A stretch of 64,000 nt of DNA. Origin: Cenococcum geophilum. Lineage: Eukaryota. Every line of letters starts with the position of its first letter. The stretch's first letter is position 1. The notes below the pieces were generated by a model, which was given only the letters and a program-made list of their open reading frames with translations, had not been told where the DNA came from and made no database searches. Shown here piece after piece: positions 1-11,176 of this stretch. The DNA lies in NCBI GenBank assembly GCA_050273025.1, contig CP158635.1, positions 27,404,001 through 27,468,000 of the forward strand. The letters are read 5' to 3'. The position numbers and the translations under genes are program-made.

Positions 1-1803
1 AATTGCTGTACTTTTTAAGAGTATAGGGCGGTGCTAATAGAGGATCTTAATTAAGTATATACTCCTTTATAAGTACTTATAGGGTTAAAGAAAGCAAGGT
101 TATATTCTTTAACACCTTAGTATACGCTAATAACTTAATCGCGTAGGCTAAAGTCCTCTTAATATAATTTGGATAAACCATACTAAATTATTTAAAGTTA
201 ATTAAAGAGCTTTTAAAAACAATTAAGTCGAGAGGCACCTGGGTTTATAGCAATAATTCTTAAAAAGGTAGTCTCTCTCCACTCCAATATATACTACTAC
301 TTATTCTCCTCTATTTTAAAGTGGCATCTTGTTTCATATATTATTTAGTTAAAATTATATCCTTTTCCTGCCAAATAATTATAATAGAAGGTACTAGCTT
401 AGCCCTTAAGTATAACTAAATAAGCAATATAGTATTAATTGGGTTCTAGTCTAACCTTCTAGTAATAGTCGTAGAAGGTACGTAACTTTAAATTAAGGAT
501 ATTATATAGTTCTCTACTAAACTTCTTCTCCTATTCTAAATAGAGCTTTATAAGCTCTATAAGTATTTTTAAGATACCTTTAATTAGTATTTAGCTGCAT
601 TGTATTGTAGGCTATAATAGTAACATAGATCTAGTCGGCGGAGTTTAAAGGTTATTAGACCGCGAAGTAAGGGGATCTTATACTTATTAGGGGTTATTAA
701 TTAAGGCTATAGGTTAAGCTAGTTAATATAGGGGAGTTAAAGACAGAGGTAGAGGCGATGGATATAGAATATTAAAACTCGTGCCTGGAGCGATAGAGTT
801 AGAATACATCTTTAGTGGTATATTACTTAGGTTCCATCGTGATTTAAGCTTCTTTATAGTGCGTAGTTAGTACTTAATCTCTTATAGAGTCTATTTATGC
901 TCTTCCTTTATATTAATAATGTGTTCCTAAATATTGTCCCTAATACTACCCCCATCTATAGGGACAAATACTCTATACTCCCAAAGGAAGTTACGGAAGT
1001 CCTATATAATATCTTTATTTATAAGAACCTATATTTCCTTTATCTATCTAATAAAGTCCTCCTTTATACAATACCATAGCGCGGTATTATTATATTTGCT
1101 ATCTTTATAGTGTTCTATATAGTATACTAAGAATCCATTTAGGTCCTATTACTTAGCGGTTATAAAGTTGGTTATAGCTCTGTCCTATATCTCCAGGTTA
1201 ATATCTTTCTTATACTTTTTTGGATAGGTTAACGCTATAGTAAGTAAAATCAACGAGGTGTTATACGTCGAAGGTAGGCAGGATTTTTGGTTTTGTAGGA
1301 TCTCGTAGGTTTACTATCCAAAGGTGGGCAATTTAAGATGTTGTTCGACGCGTTTTAGACATCGACTTAGGACCTTAGGTTTAGTAATACTTCTAACCTA
1401 AAGTACTTAACCAAATCTTTATAAACGTGATTATTCTACATAATAGACGCAACTTGGTATCTCCTAGTACTTAGTAACACTTCTATTACTAGTTTTCCGC
1501 AAATCTAAGGTAGTATAGTATTACCGGGATCCATTCCATATAAGCATATATAGCACCCCTATATAAGACTATCTCTTCTATTAATAACCTAGCTACTCTA
1601 TAGTTAACTGTGTATTTAACCACTAATCAGTGTTAGTGTTATAGGGTAACTTACCAATACTACTTGAGTAGATATAGTAAATATTAGTTATAAAGCTTAT
1701 TGTTTAGAATTAGGGGGTGAGTAAGGAACCTAAGGTTCCTTACTACACTAGTGCCGCGGCAACACGTAACGACACGTGACGACCGCTTGCCTTATTCCCG
1801 ATA
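1..1803 (-). mobile_element. GalEa-type Copia LTR retrotransposon A, 5' part (5' LTR 1631-1803 and RIPped gag); runs off the window start; nested in element B
   Basis: LTR tgttagtg...ttcccga(t/c)a is preceded on + by cactaatcag (hairpin site). 1-600 is near-identical to 5041-5640, and 780-1630 matches 8470-9312. Confidence 0.85.
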
Positions 1804-4800
1804 TAAACGATCTATTAATAAATATAAAGAGCTTAGCGGTAGGAAGGTTAATAGGCACATAGAGTAGTCCTTAGTCGAAATAGTTTATTTGCTAGAAGAG
1901 GCGCTTATTTAGGGCAAGGACGTCCTCTTTAGTTAGTTCTTAGTATTAAGCGGCAATAGAGAGATTAAAGGAAGCCTTAGGTTGGTAAATAGAAGCAATA
2001 TAAGCTCCGCGAGCGCGTTACTCTATATATCCTTACTTTAAAGACTTAATGTTAATAGTGTTAATCTTCTTGCCTTAACCCTTCTGGCGTAAGGAAATGG
2101 AATCCTTATTTAGGGAGAGGATACATCTATTAAAGAGTAATAGTGTTTTTAAATTAAGTCTTTCCTTCGGCTTTACTATAAGATTTACCTTTACTAGCTT
2201 ATCTTCTTTAAGAGCTAAGAATTAGTTATCTCCTAAGATAATTATATTGTTAGTTTATATACCGACGATTCTAAATAGGGTTCCTGTAGTTATAATAAGG
2301 AAGTAGGGATCAAATATAGAAGTGGTTATTAAAAGCTTCTCTTTATAGTATTTGCTGTAAGTAGCCCACCAATAGGTTTCTACCTCCGCGATTCTATATA
2401 ATGGCTTAAGCACGACCATAATTGTATCCTTAGGATATTAGTGGCGAATTTACTCTAGAAGATATGCCAATATTAAGCGCTGAAGGTGCGTCTCTAATTA
2501 GGTGTAGGCTTAAGTAATATCTTATAAATAAACTACTATTCCGTTTTTTATTAAGGAGGGAGCTAGTATAATAATAACTTGTTAACTAGCTTATTGTATT
2601 ATTAAAAATTACGTAAGAATTATCTCCTTACTATTATCGTTATAGCCTTAAATAATAAGCCTTAATTTCTCGAATAGGGCATTAGTAGCTTTACCCTTAA
2701 TCTCGTTAACTATTCTTAACTTAAAGATGCGAACTCCATTAAACTTAGTAGGGTTATATTTCTCAAATTTAAAGACTCCTCTTATAATAAGACTGTTGAT
2801 CTCCTGTTTATTAGATACTTAAAAGGGAGCTCCTAAAGTTATAATACGGCCTTCCTTTTAGAGCTATTTTGCGAGCTTAAAGTTAGCCTTCTCTTTAGCC
2901 GTTATAAAGGCCATTAATAACTCGTCCCTACTCTTAATAGTAGTAACAAGTTATTCTTCGAAATTAATAAGATATTAGCGATTTTGTGATCCCTTTAGGC
3001 GACCTCTACCACGTCGTGGTTACAGTACGTCTACTATAATTATATTAGGACTATAGTCGCCTTCTGGGGTATATTAATCATAGTTCTCCTCTAGAGTATC
3101 CTCTAGAGTATCCTGTAAAGGCTTAAGACTATTATCCCTATAATAGGGCTTAACAACGGTTAAGCGAAATTAAGTAGGTCTATAGGGCATCTGGAAAGTA
3201 TAAGTTTAACTATTAATAGCGATAAGCATATATGGGCCTAACCAGCCCCCTTTCTTACGCTATACCTATACTTTAGATTAGAGTAGCAGATCTATCGTAA
3301 TTAAGGTGTTTAGACTGTTTCTTATTTTTAGTACATTATTAACCTAACGCGTAGCGTAGATGCGGCGTACTTCCTTTATTGCCTTATAGATAGCCTTAGC
3401 TTATTGCGTAACGGATAGAGATGGTAAAGAATTGTTAGTTATTTAAGGGTAGGCGCTAAAGACTAGCAACGTAGGTATAAGCCTATCTAGGCTAGCAGAA
3501 TCGTTAACAGCCTTAATAGCTATCTATAGGATAAGCTCTTTGCTAGCGCCCTCTAGTTCTAAAGAAATAATCTTATATACTTAGCGTAATAGCGTATAAT
3601 ATTGTTCTACTTTTCTAATACTATTATATGCCTTAATAGGGACTTCCTTAACCTTAATTTCTATTGCCTTTACCTATTACCAAAACTCTATAGATAAGAA
3701 GTTCCTCCCTACGTTATAAATAACTTAATTAGGTGGTCCTAAGTAGATATTAATTTAGTATAATTAAAGAGTATCCTATACATTCCTAGCTAATATATCC
3801 TTTAGAAAACGTGCGGCTTAAAAGGAGGTTAAAAGGTCAATAACCTAAAGTACTGGCTTGCCGCTAAGATATATAATATCAATAATAATATAGAAGTTAA
3901 AGTTATAGTTATCTTTAAGGGTGAACTTAAATCGGCCAGGGGACTTCTAGTTTATTTAGTAGTAATAATAGTACTTTATAAATGCTTAATCGTCTTAACC
4001 TTAACCTTATAACCTACTTACTAAAGGACCCTAAGTAGTTAGTGAACGGATAGGTAGCCAAAACAACGGTATAGTTAACGTAGCTCTAACTCGGTTAAGT
4101 AGCTCTAAGCAACGCTCCTTTTTAGCTATTAAAGGAGTAACTAAGGGTAACCCTACTTGCGTATAACGGGCACCCAATTATCTCCCTAAATAAGTATATT
4201 CTTAAGGTTATTAAGCTTAATACCTAATTTATCTATATCTTAGATATAAAATAGAAATAGGGTATTTGCGGGAATAATATAGAAAGTAATATATCCTAAC
4301 GGGGTTTAGACCTTAATTGTGCTAAAAGAGATTACAGTACCCTTACTAAAGCGAATTATATATTAGCCTGCCGTTAATTAGTTAATTTAAATAGAGCTAT
4401 TAAGCTACTAAAGAGCTCGAACTTGGGGTTCTCCTACTATAGATACTCCTGCGGCTCTAGTATCTGGTATAATACTATAGAAGACATTCGCTAAGTATTT
4501 GTCGTTAAAGGAAAACGTGGAACTTTTCTTTAGCTTGTTAAAGATATCTAACTTTATAACAGAATGGAGCGTAGATTGGTTATTAAGGACAGCAACGGTT
4601 TATGTGCTATTTACCTTACTATACTCGGTAAAGTATTAGTTAGAAGAGTAGTCCTCAATTTCCATATCTATAAGGAGCTGTTTAGCCTCGTTAGCCTTAT
4701 CCTTAAGATCTTCTTCGCCTTTATATTAAACTAGGAAGCTTTAAAAGTAGGCTATAATAACCTCTTAGTTTCTAACATTTCGTGCGCTTTAGCAGAACTT

Positions 4801-5794
4801 ATTATATGCCTCCTTTCGTCTATTAAGGGGGTGCCTAGTTAACTAGTAATTTAGCTTCTTATAAATATAGCACTTTTTCTAACAATTACTCTAAAATGAA
4901 CCTCTACAATTACCTTGTGGTTAACGTTAATTATATCCTCTACTATATCCCCTACCGCGGCCACCATATATTTAATCGGTCTAGTTATAATTATATTAGT
5001 CGGTTAGGTTAATTAAAGTAGGTTAGGGTTAGGTGTTAAATTGCTATACTTCTTAAAAGCGCAAAGCTATGCTAATAGAGGATCTTAATTAGGTATATAC
5101 TCCTTCATAAGTGTTTATAGGATTAAAGAGAGTAAGGTTACATTCTTTAACACCTTAGTATACGCTAATGATTTAATTATATAGGCTAAAGTCCTCTTAA
5201 TATAATTTGGATAAACCATGCAAATCGTTTAAAGTTAATTAAAGAGCTTTTAAAGATAATCGAGCTAAGAGACACCTAGGTTTGTAGTAATAATTCTTAA
5301 AAAGGTAGTCTCTCTCTACTCCGATATATACTACTACTTATTCTCTTCTGTTTTAAAGTGGTATCTTATCTTATATATTATTCGGTTAAAATTATATCCT
5401 TTTCCTGCTAAATAATTATAATAGAAGGTACTAGCGCGGCTCTTAAGCATAACGGAATAGGTGTTATAATATTAGTTAAGTTCCAGTCTAACCTTCTAGC
5501 AATAGTCGTAGAAGATACGCAGCTTTAAATTAAGGATATTATATAGTTCCCTGCTAAACCTCTTTTCCTAGTCCAAATAGAGCTTTATAAGCTCTATAAG
5601 CATCTTTAAGGTGCCTTTAAGCGGTATTAGGCTACGTTAAAATTGCATTAGAGATTAAGGTAGGGATTACTTTATAGGCTATAGTGGAGATATAGAGCCT
5701 AATGGAACACGGCGTGGTACCTACATCGGGAAAATATTCGCAGGATGAGATTTAAGTAGACTTTGGTTTTCGCGTTTCGCGTAATTAATATGCA

Positions 5795-6190
5795 ATTTAA
5801 CCAACTTAATACGTAATTAACTAACTTAATACGTAGTTAACCTACTTAATATACAATTTAACTAACTTAACACGCAGTTAACCTACTTAATATGTAATTT
5901 AACTAACTTAATATGCAGTTGACCTACTTAACATATAATTTAACTAACTCAACACGCAGTTGACCTACTTGATATGTAATTTAACTAACTTAATACGCAG
6001 TTAACCTACTTAATATGCAATTTAATTAACTTAATACGCAGTTGACCTACTTAACATACAATTTAACTAACTTAATATGCAGTTAACCTACTTAATAACT
6101 TTAAAAGCTAACTGCATATCCTTTAACACGCAGTTAACCTACTTAATAACTTTAAAAGCTAACTGTATATTTCTTGACGTGCGATTAAGG
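5795..6190 (+). repeat. 20-bp tandem array (ttaacc(t/a)acttaa(c/t)acgcag-type)
   Basis: Directly visible 20-nt periodicity; variants are mostly C>T/G>A. Confidence 0.92.
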
Positions 6191-6277
6191 TAAAGTTATA
6201 TACTATATATTTAACTATTATATATAATCTTATACAATCTTATACAATCTCATACAATCTTATAGTCTTACTACTTA

Positions 6278-6606
6278 GAGGCTCTGCACGAGGCTCTACA
6301 CAAAGCTCTGCGTATAGAGGCTCTACACGAAGCTCTACGCATAGAGGCTCTGTATAAAGCTCTGCACGAAGCTTCGCATAAGGCTCTATACGAGGCTCTA
6401 CACGAAGCTCTGCGTACAGAGGCTCTGCACGAAGCTCTGCACAAAGCTCTGCACGAGGGTCTGCGCGAGGGTCTGCGCGAGGGTCTGCGCGAAGCTCTGC
6501 GTACAGAGGCTCTGCACGAGGCTCTGCGAGAAGCTCTGCGTACAGAGGCTCTGCACGAGGCTCTGCGCGAAGCTCTGCGTATAGAGGCTCTACACGAAGC
6601 TCTGCA
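6278..6606 (+). repeat. 12-bp minisatellite (acgaagctctgc) with interspersed gtacagagg linkers
   Basis: Visible tandem copies; same unit at 12697, 24001, 36177 and (reversed) 36683. Confidence 0.95.
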
Positions 6607-6739
6607 TCGGGTCCCCGCTATATTCCCGATAGCCTCTACACGTGCCTCTACCCTATATAGCCACCTTATTTTTTACCCTTCCTTCCTTCTTTATATCCTC
6701 CCTACCTAGGGAGGTACCAGAACGGCAGCCAGCAGAGGA

Positions 6740-7645
6740 CTGTTGCTAGAACTAGACGATCGTCGCCAGAACCAGATGACCGTTACCAGAACTAGATAAC
6801 CATCGCCAGCTAGACGACCGTCGCTAGAACCAGACGACCGTTGCTAGAGCTAGACGATCGTCGCCAGAACTAGACGACCGTCGCTAGCTAGACGACCGTT
6901 ACTAGAACCAGACGACCGTCGCTAGCTAGACGACCGTTACTAGAACTAGACGACTATCGCCAGAACCAGACAACCGTCGCCAGCTAGACGACCGTTACTA
7001 GAACCAGACGACCGTTGCCAGAACCAGACGACCGTTGCTAGCTAGACGACCGTTACCAGAACTAGACAACTGTTGCCAGAGCTAGACGACCGTTGCTAGA
7101 ACTAGACGACTGTTACTAAAACCAGACGACCGTTGCTAGAACTAGACGACCGTTACTAGAACCAGACAACCGTTGCCAGAGCTAGACGACCGTTGCTAGA
7201 ACTAGACGACCGTTGCCAGCTAGACGACCGTTACCAGAACCAGACGACTGTTGCTAGAGCTAGATGATCGTCGCCAGAACCAGACGACCGTCGCTAGCTA
7301 GACGACTGTTACCAGAACTAGATGACCGTTGCTAGAGCCAGACAATCGTCGCTAGAACCAGACGACCGTTGCCAGAGCTAGACGATCGTTGCTAGAACCA
7401 GACAACCGTCGCCAGCTAGACGACCGTTACTAGAACTAGACGACCGTTGCTAGAACTAGACGACTGTCGCCAGAACTAGACGACCGTTGCCAGCTAGACA
7501 ACCGTTACTAGAACCAGACGACCGTTGCCAGAACTAGACAACCGTTACCAGAACTAGACGACTATTGCCAGAGCCAGACGACCGTTGCCAGAACTAGACG
7601 ACCGTCGCTAGAACCAGACAACCGTCGCTAGAGCCAGACGACAAC
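6740..7645 (+). repeat. 20/16-bp tandem array (ccagaaccagacgaccgtcg)
   Basis: More than 40 visible copies; 16-bp deletion variants are interspersed. Confidence 0.95.
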
Positions 7646-7699
7646 GACTAGCCAGCCAATACTATAAACGATTTAATCGATCGATTAAATTAAGGTAGC

Positions 7700-8097
7700 A
7701 TAGACAGGTAGGCATAAATAGGTAAATGCTAACGGGTAGGTAGATGTAGATAAGTAGGTAGATGCAGATAGGTAAGCAGATATAGATAGGCAGGCAGATA
7801 TAGATAGGTAAGTAGATATAGATAGGCAAGTAGATATAGATAGGTAAGTAGATGCTGACGGGTAAGTAGATATAGATAGGTAGGTAAATGTAAACAAGTA
7901 GATATAAATAGGTAGGTAGATATAAATAGGTAAGTAGATATAGATAGGTAGGTAGATGCTAATAGATAGGTAAATATAGATAGGTAGGTAGATATAGATA
8001 GGTAGGCAAATGCAGATAGGTAGATATAGATAGGTAGGCGATATAAATAGGTAGGCGATGCAGGCAGGTAGGTAAGTTAATAGGTAGATAGGTAGAA
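7700..8097 (+). repeat. 18-bp/TAGG-derived array (gtagatatagataggtag)
   Basis: Visible periodicity; positional counterpart of (tagg)n at 13755-13872. Confidence 0.88.
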
Positions 8098-9538
8098 GAG
8101 AACCATCGCTGTATTATATTAAATTATCTAAAATAATAATATTTATTTTGCTAGCCTTATAAATAGCTTTAAAATAGCTTTTATTTATTTAAAATATATT
8201 ATTAGTATAAAAGAGGTAAATATAATTATGGTTACCAAATACGCAGATTGCTAGCAGGTTACGCGTAGGCTGCGCGTAGGCTGCGTGTCAAAAAAACACG
8301 ATATAGGCTAGTCGGTCGAGTTGCCAAATGCCCTCAACTACGCGCCAATTGCGTCAACCACCAACCATTGAGGCCATTTAAAGGGTACTATATTTTGCCG
8401 ATATAGTCTTACTCTAGTAGAGTTTAAAGGTTATTAAATCGTAAAGTAAGGGGGTTTTACGCTTGCTCTAGAGTAATAGAATTAGAATATATCTCTATTA
8501 GTATATTGTTTGGATTCTATTATAAGTTAAGCTTCCTTATAGTGCGTAATTAGTGCTTAATTTCTTATAGAGTCCATTTATGCTCTTCTTTTACGTTAAT
8601 AATATACTCCTAAATATTATCTCTAATAGCGCCCCCATCTATAGGGATAAATACTCCGTTCTCCTAAAGGAAGTTATAAAAGTCTTACACGATAACCTTT
8701 ATTGCGAGAGCCTATATTTCCTTTATCTATCTAATAAAGCCCTTCTTTATATAATACCAAAGCACAGTATTATTATATTCGCTGTCTTTATAGTATACTA
8801 TATAGTATAGTAAGAATCCGTTTAGGTCCTGTTGTTCGGCATTTATAGGGTTAATATCTTTATACTATATCTCTGGGTTAATGTCCTTCTCGTACTTCTT
8901 TAGGTAGGTTAACGCTATAATTGGTATAGAATTGACGGGGTGTCGTACGTTAAAGGTAGGTAGGGTTTTCGGTTTTGTAGAATCTCGTAGGTTTGCTGTC
9001 AAAAGGTAGGCAATTTAAGATGTTGTTTAACGCGTTTCGGACGTTAATTTGGGACCCTAGGTTTAGTAATACTTCTAACCTAGAGTACTTAACTAAATCT
9101 TCGTAAACGCAATTATTCTGCGTAATAGACGCAACTTAGTATCTCCTAGTACTTAGTGATACTTCTATTACTAGTTTTCCGCAAGTTTAAGATAGTATAG
9201 TATTGCCGGGATCCATTCTATATAAGCGTATATAGCACCCCTACACGAGACTATCTCTTCTATTAAAAACCTTACTGTTTTGTAGTTAACTGTGTATTTA
9301 ACCACTAATTAGTATTAGTAACATAGGGTAAATCACTAATACTACTCAAGTAGATACAGTGATGGAAAAGCTTGTTATATTAGATAGGGGCGAGTGAGGA
9401 ACTTAAGGTTCCTCACCGCGCTAGTGCCACGACGGCACGTGACGGCAAGTTGCCTTACGTGACGGCAATTTGCCGCATGTAAGGGCAAATTGCCTTATTC
9501 CTAATAGATAAAGTTTAGTTATAAAGGGATATAGGTTA

Positions 9539-11176
9539 TATTCAGATCACGGTAGGGGGGGTTTTTAGTCTCAATTGATTTCTTCTCTTTTTTCTTCTCT
9601 TTCTTCTACAGGTGGAATTTGGTGGATCTCCTGAGCTCGCTTAGCTTACGTAGTAAACCCAATTAGTTACAAGCAACCGTGTCTACTATATTACAGAACC
9701 TTATTCAGACACTGGCAACAACTAGGAAATAAGAGAAAAAGAAGTACCATGCCCCGATTGGCTAAGTCGCTTATACTACCCTCCTTATCTCCTGTTTTCT
9801 CTACCCATTCGGTAGCCTATAGCTTAATTGTATTCGTGTCGTTTCTAGGGGCTTTAGCTGCTGAAATTGCTAAATCTGCTGCGGTTGTTATGGCTGTTTG
9901 GGAGGTCTTGGATATGCAGAGTACTGGGGGTACTTAGGAAACTTAAGAGCAAGCCCACAGAGTATAGTAGGAATAGCAATAATATACGTTTGCTTAGGGA
10001 CGCCGGCTCGGAGGCAGTAGTTTTCGAAGATCTCAAACTTAAAGTTAAAGTTGTCTTGTTTACCAGAGTACTTAACTTCGTCCGTGTAGAGCTTAGCTAA
10101 GTTGGTAATCTCTCTTCCGTAGCTTCCTTGTAGGGCAAGCTGGTCTATAGCTTGGGTCGCAGTCGGTAGTGATGGTAGAGCTGGGGTAGGGTCGTCGGTA
10201 GGGTCGTCGGTAGGGCCGTCGGTAGGGTCGTCGTCGGTAGGGTCGTCAATAGGGTCGTCGGTAGGGTCGTTGGTAGGGCCGTCGGTAGGGTCGTCGTCGG
10301 TAGGGTCGTCAATAGGGTCGTCGGTAGGGTCGTTGGTAGGGCCGTCGGTAGGGTCGTCGTCGGTAGGGTCGTCAACAGAGTCGTCGGCAGGCCATTTTGA
10401 AGGAGTTGGTTCGTGAATAACTCCTAAAAGACCGTCTGCAATTGACTTCCTTGCCTCCTTCCGTACGTATACTCTATTTTCACGGAGGTAATCCCTGATC
10501 TTCTTCAATCGATCCTTGCCAAGGTCATCCAGTATGTCCTTCGTAAAGGACTCGAAGTCGTCAACAAAGCTCTCCCATAAGTCGAATCCCTTCCATCTAT
10601 TTTCCTTGTATATCGATAAACGCCAATCGACAAATGCCTTAATTTCCTTGATGTCGGTTGCTGTCGCATTGATTCCAGTCTCCCATTTTTCAGTCTCCCA
10701 TTTTTCAGTCTCCCATTTTTCAGTATTTAATGCGGAGGTAGCCATCACGTCAGTATTTGTTGCGGAGGTAGCCGTCTTTTGGTTCCGCAGTTGATTCGAC
10801 AGTTAGACTAGAAGCGTGGAAACACCCACAAACTAGTTGCTCTGAAGGCGTGATGGACGCAGGTCAGAAGCGCGAGTAACCTCACAAACTGGCCTTTAGG
10901 CTTAGCAAGCAATACCTTAATTCTTAGCCTTTGACAAGAGGTCTAGAGAATCAGACAATGCCTCTCTTCGTTATTCCTTGCTGATCTGTGCGGCACTGAT
11001 CAGTGTTCGGATTACGGTAGGGGGGGTTTTTAGTCTTAATTGATTTCTTCTTTTTTTTCTTCTCTTTCTTCTACAGGTGGAATTTGGTGGATCTCCTGAG
11101 CTCGCTTAGCTTACGTAGTAAACCCAATTGGTTACAAGCAACCGTGTCTACTATATTACAGAACCTTATTCAGACA
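9539..11176 (-). mobile_element. 1.64-kb non-autonomous Gag-only LTR element (TRIM/TR-GAG-like) derived from GalEa Copia
   Basis: 173-bp direct repeats at 9539-9711 and 11004-11176 (about 6 transitions); TSD ggtta at 9534-9538 and 11177-11181; cactgatcag|tg hairpin site; no pol. Confidence 0.93.
9888..10748 (-). CDS. Truncated GalEa Gag-like protein (286 aa) with TEKWE and DDPT repeats
   Basis: Open ORF. GREITNLAKLYTDEVKYSGKQDNFNFK matches the de-RIPped gag of element D at ~30570-30655 (GKELANLAKLYTDESKYSGENDNFDFK). Confidence 0.85.
   Translation of the reverse strand: MMATSALNTEKWETEKWETEKWETGINATATDIKEIKAFVDWRLSIYKENRWKGFDLWESFVDDFESFTKDILDDLGKDRLKKIRDYLRENRVYVRKEARKSIADGLLGVIHEPTPSKWPADDSVDDPTDDDPTDGPTNDPTDDPIDDPTDDDPTDGPTNDPTDDPIDDPTDDDPTDGPTDDPTDDPTPALPSLPTATQAIDQLALQGSYGREITNLAKLYTDEVKYSGKQDNFNFKFEIFENYCLRAGVPKQTYIIAIPTILCGLALKFPKYPQYSAYPRPPKQP

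Larger units (their letters stand above)
5724..8403. mobile_element. Non-autonomous DNA transposon with CATCGG termini and 2-bp TSD (CMC/CACTA-like), filled with minisatellites
   Basis: Left end catcgggaaaatat; right end tattttgccgat(a<-g); TA on both sides (5722-5723, 8404-8405). Copia B sequence resumes after removal. Confidence 0.75.
1804..9506 (-). mobile_element. GalEa-type Copia LTR retrotransposon B (RIPped gag-pol; 5' LTR 9313-9506), interrupted by A in RNase H and by a DNA transposon at 5724-8403
   Basis: Reverse complement closely matches the pol of element C (16500-19900): integrase LHRRFGHP-like at ~4060-4085, RT ~2200-2800, LFVFVDGSF-like at ~1805-1830. LTR is similar to 1631-1803. 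Confidence 0.88.

Noticed and set aside
897..1079. Short + strand ORFs at 897-1079 and 8580-8810
   Set aside because: They are antisense to RIPped Copia gag; their similarity reflects the A/B duplication.
5690..5723. Alternative left boundary of the first DNA insert using atatag as a 6-bp TSD
   Set aside because: It gives no terminal inverted repeat; the 5724/8403 boundaries give matching CATCGG ends like the other two family members.
6740..7645. Possible CRISPR-like array
   Set aside because: The units are head-to-tail with no unique spacers, there are no cas genes, and the context is eukaryotic.
9749..10794. Alternative ORFs overlapping the mini-element Gag (9749, 9854, 9867, 10145, 10516)
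   Set aside because: They are shadow frames of the 286-aa ORF and its repeats.
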